Source: Octopus sinensis (lineage: Eukaryota). Taken from it: a stretch of DNA of 64,000 bases. The notes under the pieces were generated by a model. That model had not been told where the DNA came from and ran no database searches. It saw nothing but the letters and a program-made list of their open reading frames with translations. The stretch lies in assembly GCF_006345805.1 (NCBI RefSeq), contig NC_043003.1:9300001-9364000 (forward strand). The letters are read 5' to 3'. Below, piece after piece: positions 63,905-64,000 of this stretch (the first letter of the stretch is position 1; each line of letters begins with the position of its first letter). A program made the position numbers and the translations under genes.

Positions 63905-64000
63905 CCTTGTGTCAGCCATTAGACTGTAGCCATCATAGAGCACCGCCTTCGAGGGTTTTCATCGAATGAATCGACTCCAGTATTTATTTTCTGAAAGCCA
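63905..64000 (-). mobile_element. SINE family C 3' tail fragment running to the window edge
   Basis: GACTGTAGCCATCATAGAGCACCGCCTTCGAGGG is the reverse of the C tail GCGGTGCTCCAGCATGGCCGCAGTC. Confidence 0.6.

Overview
Very AT-rich, microsatellite-dense eukaryotic non-coding DNA (intron or intergenic). The tRNA-derived SINE families and composition point to a coleoid cephalopod, most likely Octopus (inference). No intact host gene, rRNA, genuine tRNA or CRISPR array is supportable. Most ORF-track entries are microsatellite translations or chance frames; the exceptions overlap transposon remnants. The window holds a decayed R4/Dong-clade LINE inserted in (TAA)n, a young-looking CR1 3' end, two RTE-clade 3' ends, mariner remnants, Penelope-like and possible Helitron remnants, and about 30 SINE copies of four modular families. 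The most notable signal is a set of short segments from three unrelated families, each next to (TA)n, carrying minimal type-I hammerhead ribozyme folds. One has an expanded stem II and one forms a spacer-less 151-bp palindrome. A SINE tail also matches the last codons of an RTE LINE in the same window. All alignments and folds were done by eye.
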